A DNA stretch of 64,000 bases from positions 542,663 to 606,662 of the forward strand of contig JAWKSP010000001.1 of assembly GCA_041389025.1 (NCBI GenBank). The letters run 5' to 3'. The notes below the pieces were generated by a model. The model made no database searches and was not told the DNA's origin. It saw only the letters and a list, made by a program, of their open reading frames with translations. This DNA is from Minisyncoccota bacterium. Lineage in GTDB: Bacteria > Patescibacteriota > Minisyncoccia > Phycocordibacterales > UBA918. Shown piece by piece: positions 40,318 through 50,117 of the stretch (its first letter is position 1; each line of letters begins with the position of its first letter). A program made the position numbers and the translations under genes.

Positions 40318-42075
40318 ATGGAACAAAATCTTGAACACAAACGACATACTTTGGCCCATCTCTTGGCGGCGGCAGTTTTGGAAAAGTATCCTCACGCCAA
40401 ACTGACCTTAGGCCCAGCAATCGATACCGGCTTTTATTATGATATTGATTTTTCCGACGGTAACGCTCCCGGAGATGATGATCTGAAAGGTATTCAAAAA
40501 CAAATGAAAAAACTTTTGAATAAGTGGACCGAATTCACCCACGAAGAAGTTTCAGCTGAAGTAGCAAAAGAAAAATTTTCCGACAACAAATACAAACTGG
40601 AATTGATTGATGAAATAGAAAAGAAAGGTGAAGTGATTACCCTATACACTTGCGGTGATTTCACCGACCTTTGTCGCGGTGGACACAGTGAAAACCCAAA
40701 AGAAGAAATAAACACTGACGCTTTCAAACTAGAAAAAATTGCTGGTGCCTATTGGCGAGGTGACGAGAAAAATCCGATGCTCACCCGTATCTACGGAGTG
40801 GCTTTTGATACCAAGGAAGAATTGGAAGCTTACGATAAACTACAAGAAGAAGCCAAAGCTCGCGACCATCGCAAACTTGGCAAAGAATTAGACCTCTTTA
40901 CTTTCTCCGACCTAGTTGGCTCCGGCCTTCCACTCTTTACCCCTAAAGGTACTTTAATGCGTGATTTGATTGTTGATCGTATCATGAGGATTCAAGCCAA
41001 ATACGGCTATCAAAAAGTTACTATTCCACACATCACCAAAAGTGACTTGTATAAAACTTCCGGACACTGGGACAAATTTGGTGACGAGCTATTTAAAGTC
41101 AAAGGTCAATCAGAAGCTGAGTTCGTACTTAAGCCGATGAACTGTCCACATCATACTCAAATCTTCGACAGTCGTCCTCGATCATATAAAGAACTACCGA
41201 TTCGTTACGCAGAAACCACCATGGTTTATCGCGACGAACAACAAGGTGAACTAATTGGACTGTCACGAGTCCGTAGTATTACCCAAGATGACGGTCATGT
41301 TTTTTGTACTTTGGAACAAATTGAACAAGAAATAGAAAATATCGTTGGCGTAATAAGAGAATTTTATCAAGCTCTCGGCATGTACAAAGACAAAAACTTT
41401 TGGGTGTCACTGTCAGTCCGTGACCCAAAAACTATGGAAAAGTATCTTGGCAGTAACGACAACTGGAACAAAGCCGAAGAAACTCTAGAACGAGTAGCCA
41501 AAAACCTTGGTTTACCGTACAAGAAAATTGAAGGTGAAGCGGCTTTTTATGGACCAAAACTGGATTTTATGTTTTTTGATGCCCTTGGTCGAGAACGACA
41601 ATTAGCCACTGCTCAACTAGACTTTATTATGCCCGAACGCTTTGCGCTATCTTATATAGACAATACCGGAAACAAACAAACCCCGATCATGATCCATCGC
41701 GCTATCGCAGGCTCATTGGAACGTTTTATGGCCATCATGATAGAACACTTTGCCGGAGCCTTCCCCCTATGGTTATCACCGGAACAAATTCGCATTATTC
41801 CAGTAAATGATGTTCATTTTGATTACGCCAGACAAGTGTACGAAGAATTAAAGGCAGTTGGACTTAGAGTTTCTTTAGATGACAGTAACGAATCTATGGG
41901 TAAGAAAATCAGAAACGCCAAAAAAGAACGGCTCCCCTACTTTGCTGTCATTGGTGACAAAGAAGTTCAAGCCAAAAATGTCACTCTGGAAACTCGTATT
42001 GGAGAATCAATGCAAATTGATTTAAGTAAGCTGGCGAACCACCTTTTAACCGAAGCTGATATGTTGGACTATTAG
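40318..42075 (+). CDS. thrS: Threonyl-tRNA synthetase; has the editing-site second additional domain (HxxxH) but no N-terminal TGS domain
   Basis: Class II motifs (DHRKLG, FRDEQQGELIGLSRVRSITQDDGHVF, GPKLDFMFFDALGRERQLATAQLDF) and a C-terminal anticodon-binding domain. Start at MEQNLEHK (40318). Confidence 0.92.
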   Translation: MEQNLEHKRHTLAHLLAAAVLEKYPHAKLTLGPAIDTGFYYDIDFSDGNAPGDDDLKGIQKQMKKLLNKWTEFTHEEVSAEVAKEKFSDNKYKLELIDEIEKKGEVITLYTCGDFTDLCRGGHSENPKEEINTDAFKLEKIAGAYWRGDEKNPMLTRIYGVAFDTKEELEAYDKLQEEAKARDHRKLGKELDLFTFSDLVGSGLPLFTPKGTLMRDLIVDRIMRIQAKYGYQKVTIPHITKSDLYKTSGHWDKFGDELFKVKGQSEAEFVLKPMNCPHHTQIFDSRPRSYKELPIRYAETTMVYRDEQQGELIGLSRVRSITQDDGHVFCTLEQIEQEIENIVGVIREFYQALGMYKDKNFWVSLSVRDPKTMEKYLGSNDNWNKAEETLERVAKNLGLPYKKIEGEAAFYGPKLDFMFFDALGRERQLATAQLDFIMPERFALSYIDNTGNKQTPIMIHRAIAGSLERFMAIMIEHFAGAFPLWLSPEQIRIIPVNDVHFDYARQVYEELKAVGLRVSLDDSNESMGKKIRNAKKERLPYFAVIGDKEVQAKNVTLETRIGESMQIDLSKLANHLLTEADMLDY

Positions 42076-42085
42076 GAAAAATAAT

Positions 42086-42124
42086 AAAAAAGCCCTGCGC
42101 CGTAGGCGCGGGGCTTTTTTATTA
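42086..42124. terminator. Intrinsic terminator hairpin (GCCCTGCGCC-GTA-GGCGCGGGGC) with A6 and T6 flanks
   Basis: 10-bp GC-rich stem between convergent thrS and the surface-protein gene. Confidence 0.65.
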
Positions 42125-42139
42125 TTTTTCCTAATCTAT

Positions 42140-45100
42140 TTAGACAACTACTTTAACCGCTTTCATAATAGCCATCTTCACCGCTGACGCTTCATCGGTA
42201 TAAGTACCGTCCAAAGCACCAGTCAAAGCTTTAATCATCTCAAGTAACTGTTCATCTGATAATTTTTCAGTTTCTTTAAGTAGCAAATCAGAAATTATTT
42301 CTTTACTTCCTTTACGAGCTCGATAAACTGAATCTAAATCAGACGCTGCATCAGCTAAAGCAAACATTGGTCGATTACCAATCATTTCATAAGCAGCAAC
42401 TACATTACCGGTGACAATTGACTCAGCCAGAGAACCAGAACCTTCTGGAATTATAGTTGGCACTTCTTCTGCTATAGTAGGAATTGATCCACCCAACTCC
42501 TCTTTATATATCTTACACAGTTCCCGCATACGGTTTTCGTTTACCACTATCCAACCATCTTCAGTTGGGTAATTAACTTTGGCTTCATTTATTATTTGAT
42601 CAAGATCTCCAAGATAATCAGTCGACGACTTAAAGGAAGTCACAAAATATCTTATTGCATCACCGGAAAGAAGGACTTTCTTTAGGTGAGCATGATTTTC
42701 AATTTGTGTTATCACTTCATCAGTATTCAAGACCAGACTAACAGTATTTTCTCCATCTGATTGACTTGTCTCTACATTAGAAGTTGATTCGAGTTCGATT
42801 ACTGGATTATGAGTCGGTAAATTAACCGGTGCCGAAAAAATATTTTTTGGTACAGTATCGTCTTCTAAATTATCTTCTTTGTCATTAATTTTAATCACTT
42901 CGTCACCAGTTTTATTTTCAGTTACCGGATTTAAATCATAACCAGCTAATCTATAGCCTCCAATAACATCACGACGCACCACTAAAAAGTAAGCAATGTA
43001 AAATGACCAAAGTGCTAACAAAGTATAAAAGATTGAAGTCAGTATTGGACCGGCTTCAAAACCAGTATAAGGCACATCAGTCAAAGCGATACCGGAAATC
43101 AGAGGTTGTTGATCTCTTATTTCAGTAATTACAATATCTTCTTTATCATCTTCTACTTCCACTTCTACTCGACAAGTTCGGTCGCGTGATCCCCGCTCTA
43201 CTACTAATTCATATACAGTATCAACTTCTGGAGAGACGGTAATTTTTCCTTCAAAGTATCGATCTTTTTCATCACTCAAGTAATCGTCAGTATCTACCAA
43301 CACATTACCCTCACTATCCTCCAACTTAAGCTCAGTGGCTCGACTACTATCCCAAGTCAAAGTCACTTCTTCTCCCTTCTTTATTTTACTATCAGAAACT
43401 TCAAGTTCACAACGAGGTGAGGATGAACCACCACCTCCTCCATCGCCTCCAGAACTAACATCCAGAGCAACCGGACAAGTAATAGTGTCAACTCCGTCAG
43501 TGGCAGTCATAGTGTAAGTAGTGTCTGAAGTTGGTGAAACCGAGACTGATCCGCTAAGACCAGTAGCACTTATTCCCTGATCAAAACTCACAGCTGTAAT
43601 ATCAGTAGTACTCCAAGTCAAAGTAGCATTATCACCTCGATCAATATTATTTGGACTGACAGACAGGCTAACATTAGCTGAACAACTAATTGGAGCTGGT
43701 TCTGCTTCAACGGTAACAACTGAATTACAAATAATAGTTTCTCCGTTAATACCTAACACTTCCAACACATAGGTCTTGTTAGCGTTTAAGATACCCGTAT
43801 TCTGTGTTCCATTTGAAGCCACAGAACCAAAGTCAGTCAAAGTGGTAGAAGAAGCATTAGTGGTAGTCCAAGATAAATCTACTGTCCCGCCAAAAGCTAC
43901 GGTTACCGTTTCTGGAGCAAGTGAACAAGTTGGGGCTGGAATTGGATCAGCCACTGCTACAGTAACCTGACAACTATGTTCCTTAACATAGTCAGATGCA
44001 GTTAGTATGTAAGTAGTGGTAGTAGAAATATTTACAGACAAAGTACCGGTAGCATTTACTTCACCAATCCCATTATTAATAGTTACCAAAGAAGCATTTT
44101 CGGTAGACCAATTCAATTGTGACTGACCGCCACCAAATGGTAATGAAAACGGATTGGCACTGAAGGCCACACATTTTGGCACTTCTTCTACCGGCGGTTC
44201 TTCCACTGTTAAAGTAACTCCACAAATATCACGTTGATCATTTTTACCAAACACTGTTAACAGATAGTCTGTAGTATCAAGCGGAGTAACAGACAAAGTA
44301 CCGGTAGCATTTACTTCACCAATCCCATTATTAATAGTTACACGATTAGCATTAGTAGTCTTCCAAACTAATTCAGCTGAATCACCACGAGTGATTTTGT
44401 CTGGAGTGACTGAGAACAAATCACATTTTGGTACGGGTACCGGACAAGATTCATAAACCTTTGTTTCAACAATGTTACTGTACGACCATTTTGAGAAATA
44501 ATTTAACTCACGCGCTGTCGCTCTAGCTTTGTTTTTTACAATTACTTCTGTACCACAAGCAATATTTTTATTAACTTTTCCTACCCAAGTTATTGTTCCT
44601 TCCTCACCTGGATTTAAATCATGTCCATTCCAAAATAGTTTTCTGGTACTTTCTTGATATGGCGGATAACTACCATACCCAGCACTAATGTTCCCACTGT
44701 GAGTCTCGCTAATAAAATTAATATTAGGATCAAGCTCATCGACAATTTTTACACCCCCTCCAGTACAATCTGCAGTACCAGTATTTTTAATATTTATAGT
44801 ATAGGTTAACTCATCACCTGGCTTAGCACTATCCTTATCCACCGATTTGGTTAGAGTAAGTTCACAATATGGAGTAGTTTTTTCTATCTCAATTTCAGAG
44901 TAACAACTAATCTTCTCACCCTTAAGTCCAGTGACTTCAAGTTCATAAGTTTTATCACCGGTTATTGGACCAGTAGTAACTGAACCATTTAAATCAACCA
45001 CCCCATAATCAGTTAATGTAACCAAATCAGAATTAGTAGTAGTCCAGACCAGCTCCACCGATTCACCATTTGAAATTATTTTGTGACTTGGAGTCAGATT

Positions 45101-45775
45101 ACAAGTAGGAGTCGGTGAAGGATTTTGCAGACAAACCACCTTAACAGTTGAAGTACAACTTGATTTTTCATCAGCAGTTTTAGCAATTAGGGTGTAGGTA
45201 GTATTTTCTTGTAGATTATAAAATGCTTTCGTACCTGAAGTACTATTTAGCACCTCACCATTTAAAGTTAATTTAGTAAAACCATTGGTTACCCAAGATA
45301 TATCGATATTAGAACCAACATAAATTTCATCAGCACTAGCTGTCACTTTACAAGTACCACTAAAGGAACTTCCAGATGACGAACTGGAAGATGAACTTGA
45401 TGATGAGCCAGAACTAGAAGATGAAGAATCAGAAGAGCTTTTACTATCATCTCCACTATTATCATCAGTGTCTTCAAAACCACTTAAAAATGATTCATTG
45501 AAAGAAAAAGAATTATTAGAAAAATCAGTACCAGAAAAAGAAAAACCACTTCCCTTTTCAGTGTCACTTGACGAATCGTTACTGGTATTAACCTCACCAT
45601 CATCAGTTGTAGCAGTAGTTGTATCTAAAACCTCTTCAGTGGCTAAGGCGCTGTTTGGAGTAAAGGTTTGTAATTCATGATAAGCATCATATGAACTAAA
45701 GTTCAGTGCAAAAAAAGCCAACACCACAATCATGAAGACAGGCGCTGTTTTCTTTAAAAACATTAAAACATTCAT
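42140..45775 (-). CDS. Large repeat-rich cell-surface protein: signal peptide, Ser-rich linker, ~8 tandem Ig-like ~90-aa repeats with conserved Cys pairs, one TM helix, and a ~300-aa C-terminal tail
   Basis: Repeats share C..L.P..I..G.S..LSW.TTNA..VTIN.GIGEVNATGTLSV. A VPYTG motif lies just before the only internal TM helix, followed by RRD. Apparently co-transcribed with the upstream sortase-like gene. Confidence 0.7.
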   Translation of the reverse strand: MNVLMFLKKTAPVFMIVVLAFFALNFSSYDAYHELQTFTPNSALATEEVLDTTTATTDDGEVNTSNDSSSDTEKGSGFSFSGTDFSNNSFSFNESFLSGFEDTDDNSGDDSKSSSDSSSSSSGSSSSSSSSSSSGSSFSGTCKVTASADEIYVGSNIDISWVTNGFTKLTLNGEVLNSTSGTKAFYNLQENTTYTLIAKTADEKSSCTSTVKVVCLQNPSPTPTCNLTPSHKIISNGESVELVWTTTNSDLVTLTDYGVVDLNGSVTTGPITGDKTYELEVTGLKGEKISCYSEIEIEKTTPYCELTLTKSVDKDSAKPGDELTYTINIKNTGTADCTGGGVKIVDELDPNINFISETHSGNISAGYGSYPPYQESTRKLFWNGHDLNPGEEGTITWVGKVNKNIACGTEVIVKNKARATARELNYFSKWSYSNIVETKVYESCPVPVPKCDLFSVTPDKITRGDSAELVWKTTNANRVTINNGIGEVNATGTLSVTPLDTTDYLLTVFGKNDQRDICGVTLTVEEPPVEEVPKCVAFSANPFSLPFGGGQSQLNWSTENASLVTINNGIGEVNATGTLSVNISTTTTYILTASDYVKEHSCQVTVAVADPIPAPTCSLAPETVTVAFGGTVDLSWTTTNASSTTLTDFGSVASNGTQNTGILNANKTYVLEVLGINGETIICNSVVTVEAEPAPISCSANVSLSVSPNNIDRGDNATLTWSTTDITAVSFDQGISATGLSGSVSVSPTSDTTYTMTATDGVDTITCPVALDVSSGGDGGGGGSSSPRCELEVSDSKIKKGEEVTLTWDSSRATELKLEDSEGNVLVDTDDYLSDEKDRYFEGKITVSPEVDTVYELVVERGSRDRTCRVEVEVEDDKEDIVITEIRDQQPLISGIALTDVPYTGFEAGPILTSIFYTLLALWSFYIAYFLVVRRDVIGGYRLAGYDLNPVTENKTGDEVIKINDKEDNLEDDTVPKNIFSAPVNLPTHNPVIELESTSNVETSQSDGENTVSLVLNTDEVITQIENHAHLKKVLLSGDAIRYFVTSFKSSTDYLGDLDQIINEAKVNYPTEDGWIVVNENRMRELCKIYKEELGGSIPTIAEEVPTIIPEGSGSLAESIVTGNVVAAYEMIGNRPMFALADAASDLDSVYRARKGSKEIISDLLLKETEKLSDEQLLEMIKALTGALDGTYTDEASAVKMAIMKAVKVVV

Positions 45776-45985
45776 AAAATAAAGTAATTAAAATTTGTAA
45801 ACTTTATACTCCAACCTACACCCATGTACGCAAGAGTAATCAAGATGACAAATCTATTTAAAGAACATTTATTTACTGCGAAAATTTGAGATTAAAATAA
45901 GCAGAGATAAGAACTAAAAGACTAAAAGTTTACTAAACTTTTTCAAAACAGTAGTTAATTTTTTACTGTTTGTCAATACCAAAAT

Positions 45986-46681
45986 TTATACTGAAAGGGC
46001 TATCACTTCATCCAACTCAGCCTCTACAATATATCGATCATCCACCGATCCAAAACTATTACAAGTTGCTAAAACCAACCTTTTAGAATCACCAGCTATC
46101 GGTACGGTAGTATCGGCAGCTTCAGCTTTATAGACTTTATTTACTCTATATATATATTCAGAATTTTCTGATTTTACCCTAATCAAATCACCCCATTTTA
46201 AATCTTGAATACCATTAAAAGCTTGGAAGTTTTTATTTATGACATTAGGTAGATAACTTGAATGAGCCAATATAAAAACCGTACCCATTTGATTGAGAGT
46301 AGCTGAATCAGGATGACGTACCGCTCCATCGAGTAATGCAGTGTCTAATTCGGATACTGATCGGGATTTAGGATTTAGCACAGTCACAGTTTTATTTAGA
46401 GAATCAAAAGTTATACTAGTTGGTACCTCAGTAACACTAGAAGTAGCTATATTTAGATTATCATTATCAATCGATTCGACTATATTATCCTCTACAGATT
46501 TAGTATCATTTACAATCTCCTCTTTTATTTCTTGAGTATTTTGATTAACCGGTTCTGGTAAAAAATCCAACCAAGCTAAGATGGCATAAGAAAATAAAAA
46601 CACCAAAAAGAAAGTGACTACAAAAGACACCTTTCTAGCGATCAGAGCATTTACCAGCTCATCCCATGAACTAATTTTCAT
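45986..46681 (-). CDS. Sortase-family transpeptidase (membrane-anchored)
   Basis: N-terminal TM anchor, His in VFILAHSSY, and a catalytic LVLATCNSF (TLxTC-like) motif with a conserved Arg 10 residues downstream (DDRYIV). Confidence 0.55.
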   Translation of the reverse strand: MKISSWDELVNALIARKVSFVVTFFLVFLFSYAILAWLDFLPEPVNQNTQEIKEEIVNDTKSVEDNIVESIDNDNLNIATSSVTEVPTSITFDSLNKTVTVLNPKSRSVSELDTALLDGAVRHPDSATLNQMGTVFILAHSSYLPNVINKNFQAFNGIQDLKWGDLIRVKSENSEYIYRVNKVYKAEAADTTVPIAGDSKRLVLATCNSFGSVDDRYIVEAELDEVIALSV

Positions 46682-46744
46682 TTTTTTATGATACTATATT
46701 ATCATCTATTTGTCAATTAAATTTATTTGACATAATTGTGAATC

Positions 46745-47860
46745 GTGGTAGTGTTTCCAAATATGAATAACCTAGAAACAAACGAGAATTCTCAACACAA
46801 AAGCAGTTTTGCTAAGTTTTTAATAATTATAATTATATTATTATTACTTGCCGGTTCAGCTTGGGGAGCAGTTAAAATCGTTAAAAATTTCCCTGAAACA
46901 TTTAGTCATCTAGCCTCTATTGCTGACACTGTCTACAATTATGATCCTACCGAAGAAGTAAGCTTAGTGGTAAAAACTGATCGCGAGGTAATAAATAATG
47001 GCGAAATCCTTTCTGTTTGGTGGAACAACTCTAATACTAGCGGTAACTACTCTTTCAGCTATAGTTGTCAAGATGGAGTGGCTATTGATCTTAAAGTACC
47101 AAACAGCGATTTCGTCAGTATAAACTGTGACAATTCTTACAATTTAGACCAAGCCAATCATATTGAATTAAAAGTAGATTCGGAAAAATGGCGCTTTACT
47201 GATGTTAATTTCTCAATTTCTCACATTAGAAATAATACAAATTTAGCAGTAAGTAGCGATAAAATTACGGTCGTAAATAGTCAACTAAGCACTATCAATA
47301 ACGATTATGAAAACAACACAGAACCAACAACCGATAATGATGATGTATCTATAAGCAATACTGAACCAGCTATCTCTGATTCCTCAGAAGAAAATACAAA
47401 TACCAATGAAGAAGTAGCTACTGAAGAAATTACTAACAACCATAAACCAGCTCCAGTGCAACAACCTATCTATACTTATGCTATTCCAGTTTCTGATCCA
47501 AACGGAACCATTGATTTAGTTCTAAGTAACGTAGCAACTGGCTATATAAATGAAATTGGTATTTTTATAGAAACCAATGAAATCAAACAAGACTCAGCTA
47601 ATGCAGTTAAATTTACAGTCCACAATATTGGTACCAAGACTTCTGAAGATTGGTTTTTTACAGCTGATGTTTTAGGCAACACTGTCTTTAATTCAAGAGA
47701 TCAAAAATCACTTAAACCAAACGAACGTTCAACTATAATTATTCAATTACCTGCCATCAAGGAACAAAAAAATTCTAATACAGCAATCCATATAACAACA
47801 GACAATGATCGAAATATAAACAATAATTACTTATCAATTTTCACTACATTTACTAAGTAA
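46745..47860 (+). CDS. Hypothetical secreted/membrane-anchored Asn/Thr-rich protein
   Basis: N-terminal TM helix. No recognisable catalytic motif. Confidence 0.45.
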   Translation: MVVFPNMNNLETNENSQHKSSFAKFLIIIIILLLLAGSAWGAVKIVKNFPETFSHLASIADTVYNYDPTEEVSLVVKTDREVINNGEILSVWWNNSNTSGNYSFSYSCQDGVAIDLKVPNSDFVSINCDNSYNLDQANHIELKVDSEKWRFTDVNFSISHIRNNTNLAVSSDKITVVNSQLSTINNDYENNTEPTTDNDDVSISNTEPAISDSSEENTNTNEEVATEEITNNHKPAPVQQPIYTYAIPVSDPNGTIDLVLSNVATGYINEIGIFIETNEIKQDSANAVKFTVHNIGTKTSEDWFFTADVLGNTVFNSRDQKSLKPNERSTIIIQLPAIKEQKNSNTAIHITTDNDRNINNNYLSIFTTFTK

Positions 47861-47870
47861 AAGAAATAAA

Positions 47871-47908
47871 AAAGAAAATCCTTGCTTTAGCAAGGATTTT
47901 CTTTTTTA
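47871..47908. terminator. Intrinsic terminator hairpin (GAAAATCCTTGC-TTTA-GCAAGGATTTTC)
   Basis: 12-bp perfect stem with flanking A/T runs. Its core resembles the 10031-10066 terminator. Confidence 0.65.
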
Positions 47909-47919
47909 TTTCTTTTACT

Positions 47920-49986
47920 TTATATATCAAGGTCCGCCATTTTAGCATTTGATTGAATAAATGATTTTCGACTGGACACATCAGTCCCCATTAAAATATC
48001 GAATACCTTGTCAGCCATCTGTGCGTCATCAATAGTTACTTGTTTTAATATACGAAACTCCGGATTCATGGTAGTCTCCCATAGTTCTTCGGCGTTCATC
48101 TCACCTAAACCTTTATAACGCTGAATTCTAACTTTACTATTTTTCTTGACAGCCTCCACCTCCCCTTCCTCTTCCTCAGCTTCAATATTTTCTTCTTCTG
48201 AAACATCTACTCCCATATTTTTCAAGATAGAAAACTTTTCTTCATCGGTGAAAGCATAGTGAACTTCTTTAGCTTTTTGAATTTTATATAAAGGAGGTTG
48301 AGCAATATAAATATAACCATCCTCCACTAACGGTCTAAAGTACCTAAAGAAAAGAGTTAATAGCAGAGTCCGAATGTGAGCCCCATCTACATCAGCGTCA
48401 GTAGCGATAATAATCTTGTGATATCTAAGTTTGGATACATCAAACACATCACCAATAGCGGTACCTAGAGCGATTACTACATTTTTTATTTGCTCTGATG
48501 ATAACATCTTATCAATCCTAGCTCTCTCAACATTTAATATTTTTCCCCGTAAAGCCAAGATTGCTTGAGTCTTTCGGTCACGACCCATTTTCGCCGAACC
48601 ACCAGCCGAATCCCCCTCTACAATAAACAATTCTGAATCTTCAGCTTTTTTACTTTGACAATCAGCTAACTTACCTGGAAGAGACATCCCTTCAAGCGCT
48701 CCCTTACGAAGAACACTATCCTTGGCCGCCTTGGCGGCTTTTCTAGCTTTTACTGCAATAATAACTTTATTGATGATAGCCTTGGCATCATCCGGATTTT
48801 CCTCCAAATACATTGAGAAAGCTTCACCAAAAACTGTTTCTACTGCACCACGTGCTTCTACTGAGCCAAGTTTGGCTTTAGTTTGTCCTTCAAACTGAAT
48901 TTCCGGCATCTTTACCGACACCACCGCTGTGATACCCTCAAGTACATCGTCACCAGTAAAACTGGTATCTTTGTCCTTAGCTGAAAAGAAATTATTTTTC
49001 TTGGCGTAGTTATTTAAGGTACGAGTAAGAGCAGTTTTGAAACCAGTGATATGGGTACCATGTTCTGGGTTATAGATGTTGTTGGCAAAAGCTGATATAC
49101 GAGCGGAAATATCGTCTACATATTGTAAGGCGACTTCAACCGACATTACAGACTCATCAATATCATTTTTCTCAACATAGAAGATATTTTTATGTACTGG
49201 TTTTTGATAATGATTATTAAAGGCTACTAGCGATCTAAGACCACCTTCAAAGTAAAAGTGTTGTTGTGGAACCTCTAAACGATCATCGCTAAGATACTGC
49301 TTACCTTTTAAATCAAGTTTCTTCTGTTCTGCTTCACTCATTTCTCTAGCATCAAGAACTGATATCTTCATAGCTTTTACTAAGTAAGCCTGCTGACGTA
49401 AGTGGTTTACGATTCGTTTAAAATCATAATTAATCTCCTTGAAAATAGTCGGGTCAGCTTGAAAAGTAATAATCGTACCTTTTAGTTTTGAAGGTCCAAT
49501 TTTTTTAACTTTAGCCTTTGGCTTTCCAATGTTGTACTCTTGTATATAATAACCACCATCACGATGCACTTCGGCAATAACATGAGTAGATAGCGCATTT
49601 ACCACTGAGACGCCTACCCCATGGAGACCACCAGAAACTTTGTAACCTTCGCCACCAAACTTTCCACCAGCATGTAGCGTTGTAAGGATAGTTTCTAAAG
49701 CTGAAACCTTAGTCTGTTTATGAGTATCAACTGGAATACCGCGTCCATTATCTACCACTCGTATGTAGTTGTCAGGCAAAAGAGTTACTTCCACCCGATC
49801 CGCAAATCCACCCATCGCTTCATCACGTGAGTTATCAAACACCTCCCAAATTAAGTGATGAAGACCATCAGGGCCAGTGGTACCGATATACATCCCAGGA
49901 CGTTTACGAACCGGTTCCAATCCTTCCAAAACCGATATGGAAGAAGCATCATATCCTCCTTTCTTTTTTTCTTTTTTGTCTGCCAT
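47920..49986 (-). CDS. gyrB: DNA gyrase subunit B
   Basis: GHKL ATPase motifs (LHHLIWEVFDNSRDEA, DNGRGIP, GGLHGVGVSVVNALS), TOPRIM EGDSAGGSAK and C-terminal PLYKIQ/GLGEMN blocks. Confidence 0.93.
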   Translation of the reverse strand: MADKKEKKKGGYDASSISVLEGLEPVRKRPGMYIGTTGPDGLHHLIWEVFDNSRDEAMGGFADRVEVTLLPDNYIRVVDNGRGIPVDTHKQTKVSALETILTTLHAGGKFGGEGYKVSGGLHGVGVSVVNALSTHVIAEVHRDGGYYIQEYNIGKPKAKVKKIGPSKLKGTIITFQADPTIFKEINYDFKRIVNHLRQQAYLVKAMKISVLDAREMSEAEQKKLDLKGKQYLSDDRLEVPQQHFYFEGGLRSLVAFNNHYQKPVHKNIFYVEKNDIDESVMSVEVALQYVDDISARISAFANNIYNPEHGTHITGFKTALTRTLNNYAKKNNFFSAKDKDTSFTGDDVLEGITAVVSVKMPEIQFEGQTKAKLGSVEARGAVETVFGEAFSMYLEENPDDAKAIINKVIIAVKARKAAKAAKDSVLRKGALEGMSLPGKLADCQSKKAEDSELFIVEGDSAGGSAKMGRDRKTQAILALRGKILNVERARIDKMLSSEQIKNVVIALGTAIGDVFDVSKLRYHKIIIATDADVDGAHIRTLLLTLFFRYFRPLVEDGYIYIAQPPLYKIQKAKEVHYAFTDEEKFSILKNMGVDVSEEENIEAEEEEGEVEAVKKNSKVRIQRYKGLGEMNAEELWETTMNPEFRILKQVTIDDAQMADKVFDILMGTDVSSRKSFIQSNAKMADLDI

Positions 49987-50050
49987 GCTGAATTATTAAA
50001 ACGTTAAAATATAAGGTTCATTATAGCAGATAATGGACCGATTGTCTGTT

Positions 50051-50091
50051 TGACTTTAGGTAAAAAAGCGGGCAAAAAACTTTGTTTTTTG
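50051..50091. terminator. Intrinsic terminator: 18-bp perfect hairpin (AAAAAAGCGGGCAAAAAA / TTTTTTGCCCGCTTTTTT)
   Basis: Read directly. Lies downstream of pheT. Confidence 0.65.
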
Positions 50092-50117
50092 CCCGCTTTT
50101 TTACCATCACCCATCCC

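Noticed and set aside
42140-45775. Diversity-generating retroelement target (variable repeat) in the big surface protein
   Set aside because: No reverse transcriptase ORF and no near-identical template repeat were found in the window. The internal repeats are protein-domain repeats with divergent DNA.
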